64,000 nt of DNA from Camelus dromedarius (taxonomy: Eukaryota). Position numbers and translations under genes: made by a program. The first letter of the stretch is position 1. Each line of letters starts with the position of its first letter. The stretch covers positions 32,612,001 through 32,676,000 of the forward strand of contig NC_087440.1 of assembly GCF_036321535.1 (NCBI RefSeq), written 5' to 3'. The notes beneath the pieces are model-generated. The model saw only the letters and a program-made list of their open reading frames with translations, did no database searches and had not been told where the DNA came from. Positions 61,177 through 64,000 of this stretch are shown piece after piece.

Positions 61177-62714
61177 GCTCACTTTGGTCCTTTCCTCCCT
61201 ATGTGTAGTTTTCTTTCCAGGATTGGCACCTAAGACAACTGGGACTTAAAGTGATGGTCTGAGGCTCCTGTCCTGGGTGCTATTCTGGATATCGCAGAGC
61301 CAGCCCTAAGCCAGCGGGCAGCTGGCTCCCAGTCTTGGGTGAAAGGCTGTGTCTGCTTTCTCTTGCTTCCCCAGGAATGCAGGTTCTTGTAAGCCACTAC
61401 CCCATAAAGCAGTTGGTCATGACTTACTGGTAGATTCCTTACTTGGGCAGAACAGGCTTGGTTCCAAGCAGTGAATGTGGCTCTGGTCTTCTGCTTTGCA
61501 TGGGGCACTTTTAGTCACTTTTACAGCATGGAATTCAAACTACCTCTTTCCAGACCTGCAGCCCAGCAGGCAAGTAGCTTCATTCCTGCTGTTTTATGAT
61601 TCTGGTTTAGGCACATACTTATCTTTTTTCCTGAAAGTGACCATTTCTTTTCAATCTCCTCTATTTTGTATGTGGTGATGCTGAAGGAGTCTCAAAATGT
61701 GAATTTACAATGCTGAATAGCTCCAATATTCAATTTTTAAAACATTCATTTTTATCAGTATAACAATCCAAAAATTCTGTAACGTTCAGCAGTGATAAAA
61801 CTTATTTTTCCATTTGTTCTCACCAGCAAACAAAGAAAAAGCTGATTATATCTTATGACAGATTCTCTTATTTACCTAAGCCTGGCAAATTGAAAGTAGA
61901 TGGTCCCAAATGCTGCATTTAAATTTACTTTTTTTAACGGCAGTTGGGGGGGGGGGGGGGGAGAAGCAGCAATAATTCAGTGGTCTTGTTTATTATGATC
62001 TGTTTTAGAACTTAAAACTTGGCAGCTTTTTACTTAATCTTAATCAGAAAGAAATCCAGCTATTTGTGCTTGCATTTACTCAGCTTTTAAGAGATAAAGC
62101 TGAGAAGGATAATAGTCCAAAAGAGGGGAATCGTAATTTGGAATTTTCTTAGTCATCATTGAGGAAAGCTTTACCATGTTCTTCCAAGGCTTTTACTTTC
62201 CAGAAGAAGATTCATACATATTCTAGTTTCAAAGGCTGCCTTACCAGGGACTCCACCTTAGTTACCCCTGGTGTCGCTGGTCTGTAAGTGTTTATTTATG
62301 CAAAAGAGTTGGATGTAAATGTATCATACTTTATGTAACATATGTATTGCTGAAAATGTACGTATATCTTAAATTTCAACAAATAAAACTGCATTTTCCT
62401 TTTAAAGTATAATATAATTTCAAAGATGTGTTCCTAGAGGAAAAGAAAATATGACCTGAAATACATAAGAAAGGGCAGCCTTAGGAGAGTGAACTTAGTC
62501 AAACACTTAACTGGAAAAAAACTTAATAGTGATAAAGCAATGACTATGGTAGTTCAAATATTATACTGAAAATACAACACTGACCAATGCCAAGAACTAT
62601 ACTAACTGCTGGTGAAATGAGAAGAGAACCCAATTTTGCTGGAAGAACACTTCGAACTTTTAGACAAAACCATGCATCAGTGACAGCTCTGAAGAGTTTC
62701 TCTGCTTTTCTCCA

Positions 62715-62900
62715 AGGGGTAAGACGGAAAGATAGATTTTAGGAACAGACAGGTTCAAATCCTGCCTTTCTTTTATTATCTGTGTGACTGTAGGCAGTTA
62801 AGTAACCTGAGACCTAATTTCTTTACCTGTAAATGGGGATAACGATAATTACTTTTTAAAATTAATGTGAACTAAAAAAAATTGCCCCATATAGTAGGAA
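62715..62900 (+). mobile_element. MIR SINE
   Basis: acagacaggttcaaatcctgcc...ctgtgtgactgtaggcagttaag...taatttctttacctgtaaatggggataac. Confidence 0.75.
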
Positions 62901-63169
62901 CTCAGTGTGGTGACTATCAGTGTCATCATCCATTAGCTGCCTTTTTCCCTAGAAGTTAAGAAAAATGCAAATACGAATACATATGGCTGCATCTCTGCTG
63001 TACCTGATGTAAGGGCAACTTTGAAAGCTAAGTATCTCTGTACCTCCACTCTCTCCTCTGTGTCTCTAATTCTGTATTAATTCCCCTTAATAGGAGGCAA
63101 GGCAGGACAACAGGAAGGCAGAATTTAAAGGAAAACATTAATTATAATGTACTAATATAATTATTAATT

Positions 63170-63370
63170 ATAACAGCTACCACTGCATTCCACAGTTCTC
63201 CCTATGCACCACGCTAAATGCTCACACATGACCTTATTTAAAATCTTACAACAACCCCATGGAATAAGCATTATTATTCTGTTTTAGAAGAGGAAGTCAA
63301 GCTTACAGTTTAAGTAACTCATCCATGGGTAGTAAACAACAGATCAGAAAGTCAAACCCAGATCTGCACA
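63170..63370 (-). mobile_element. MIR SINE
   Basis: ccttatttaaaatcttacaacaaccccatggaataagcattattattctgttttagaagaggaagtcaagc...aagtaactcatccatgg. Confidence 0.7.
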
Positions 63371-64000
63371 AAGTTTCTTTCTTTCTAATGTGTAATGCAC
63401 CATACCAGGAAGACAAGATTTAAGAAGCAATACCACAGAGAAGGAGGTACATACACATCCCAAGAAATACAGAAAACTATTGAATGAACATGTTAATTGC
63501 ATTTCAGGTGCTCATGTTGGATCACTTCTAAACGTATGTTGAATTAAAGCGATAAATCCAACCAGCTAACGTGAACTTGTCTGATGAGTATGTGTTAAAT
63601 ACACTTGACCTTGACATTTTATATCAAAGCTGAAGAGGAACTGTCAGTCTCTAGAGGAATACCACCAAGGTGTTTACAGGTAGGGCAGGTAGATCATTTT
63701 CTGAGGATGCAGGAAGGGGAACACCAAGGAAAAGAATAATCTTTAACAAAACAAAATGGACTACAGCATCTCCACCTCAAAAGACTTCCTAAAATACTCA
63801 GACCCCCTAGAAACTTGTAAAGAACCTAATTATTCAGGAAAATCAACTCCTTAAGTGATGAGAAAGGGCCAGGGTACAAATATTGCAGCCGGTAAAGTAA
63901 GGAGCTTCTGGATAATGTCGCACAAGCAAGCCCTTTCAGCCACTTAAGTACTGAGTCTTCCTAAAAAGTTTACGTGTTTCTAAATTCAAATGTGTTAAGT

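Larger units (their letters stand above)
34287..64000 (-). other. STXBP6: STXBP6 upstream intron, open at the window end (>29.7 kb)
   Basis: The preceding exon (DSAEFDLLFENAFDQW...INCQSKIMG in human, from memory) was not found in the window by eye or in the ORF track. Confidence 0.75.

Noticed and set aside
34287-64000. Upstream STXBP6 coding exons (PH-like domain)
   Set aside because: I searched by eye for the reverse complement of the expected exon and did not find it. It presumably lies beyond the window end.
1-64000. CRISPR arrays, operons, rRNA/snRNA genes, NUMTs or other prokaryotic/exogenous systems
   Set aside because: No regularly spaced direct repeats, no gene-dense segment and no recognisable rRNA, snRNA or mitochondrial sequence. 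The window reads as ordinary mammalian intron and intergenic DNA.

Overview
Mammalian genomic DNA, most likely a camelid (Camelus/Vicugna), because it carries three copies of a tRNA-Ala-derived SINE matching my recollection of the camelid Vic-1 family. The only protein-coding gene I can support is STXBP6 (amisyn) on the minus strand. Its last two coding exons are 34129-34286 (R-SNARE motif) and 28946-28969 (LAMKHKC-stop), followed by a ~2.8 kb 3' UTR ending near 26.1 kb. Everything above 34286 appears to be one long STXBP6 intron, since I could not find the next upstream exon. That intron contains a 5'-truncated, kinase-dead copy of the MOS proto-oncogene mRNA (57.0-57.5 kb, antisense to STXBP6, ending just after the MOS AATAAA), which is the most unusual object in the window. 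The rest is typical eutherian repeat content: an ERVL pol remnant with LTR16-like LTRs, MLT1 LTRs, L1/L2/MIR and hAT/Tigger MITEs. There are two L1 insertions with twin-priming inversions, a 165-N assembly gap, microsatellites and a strong CTCF motif about 3 kb downstream of the STXBP6 poly(A) site. Repeat subfamily names and all homology calls come from memory, not database searches. I found no evidence of a wholly new multi-gene system; the speculative leads are flagged as such.
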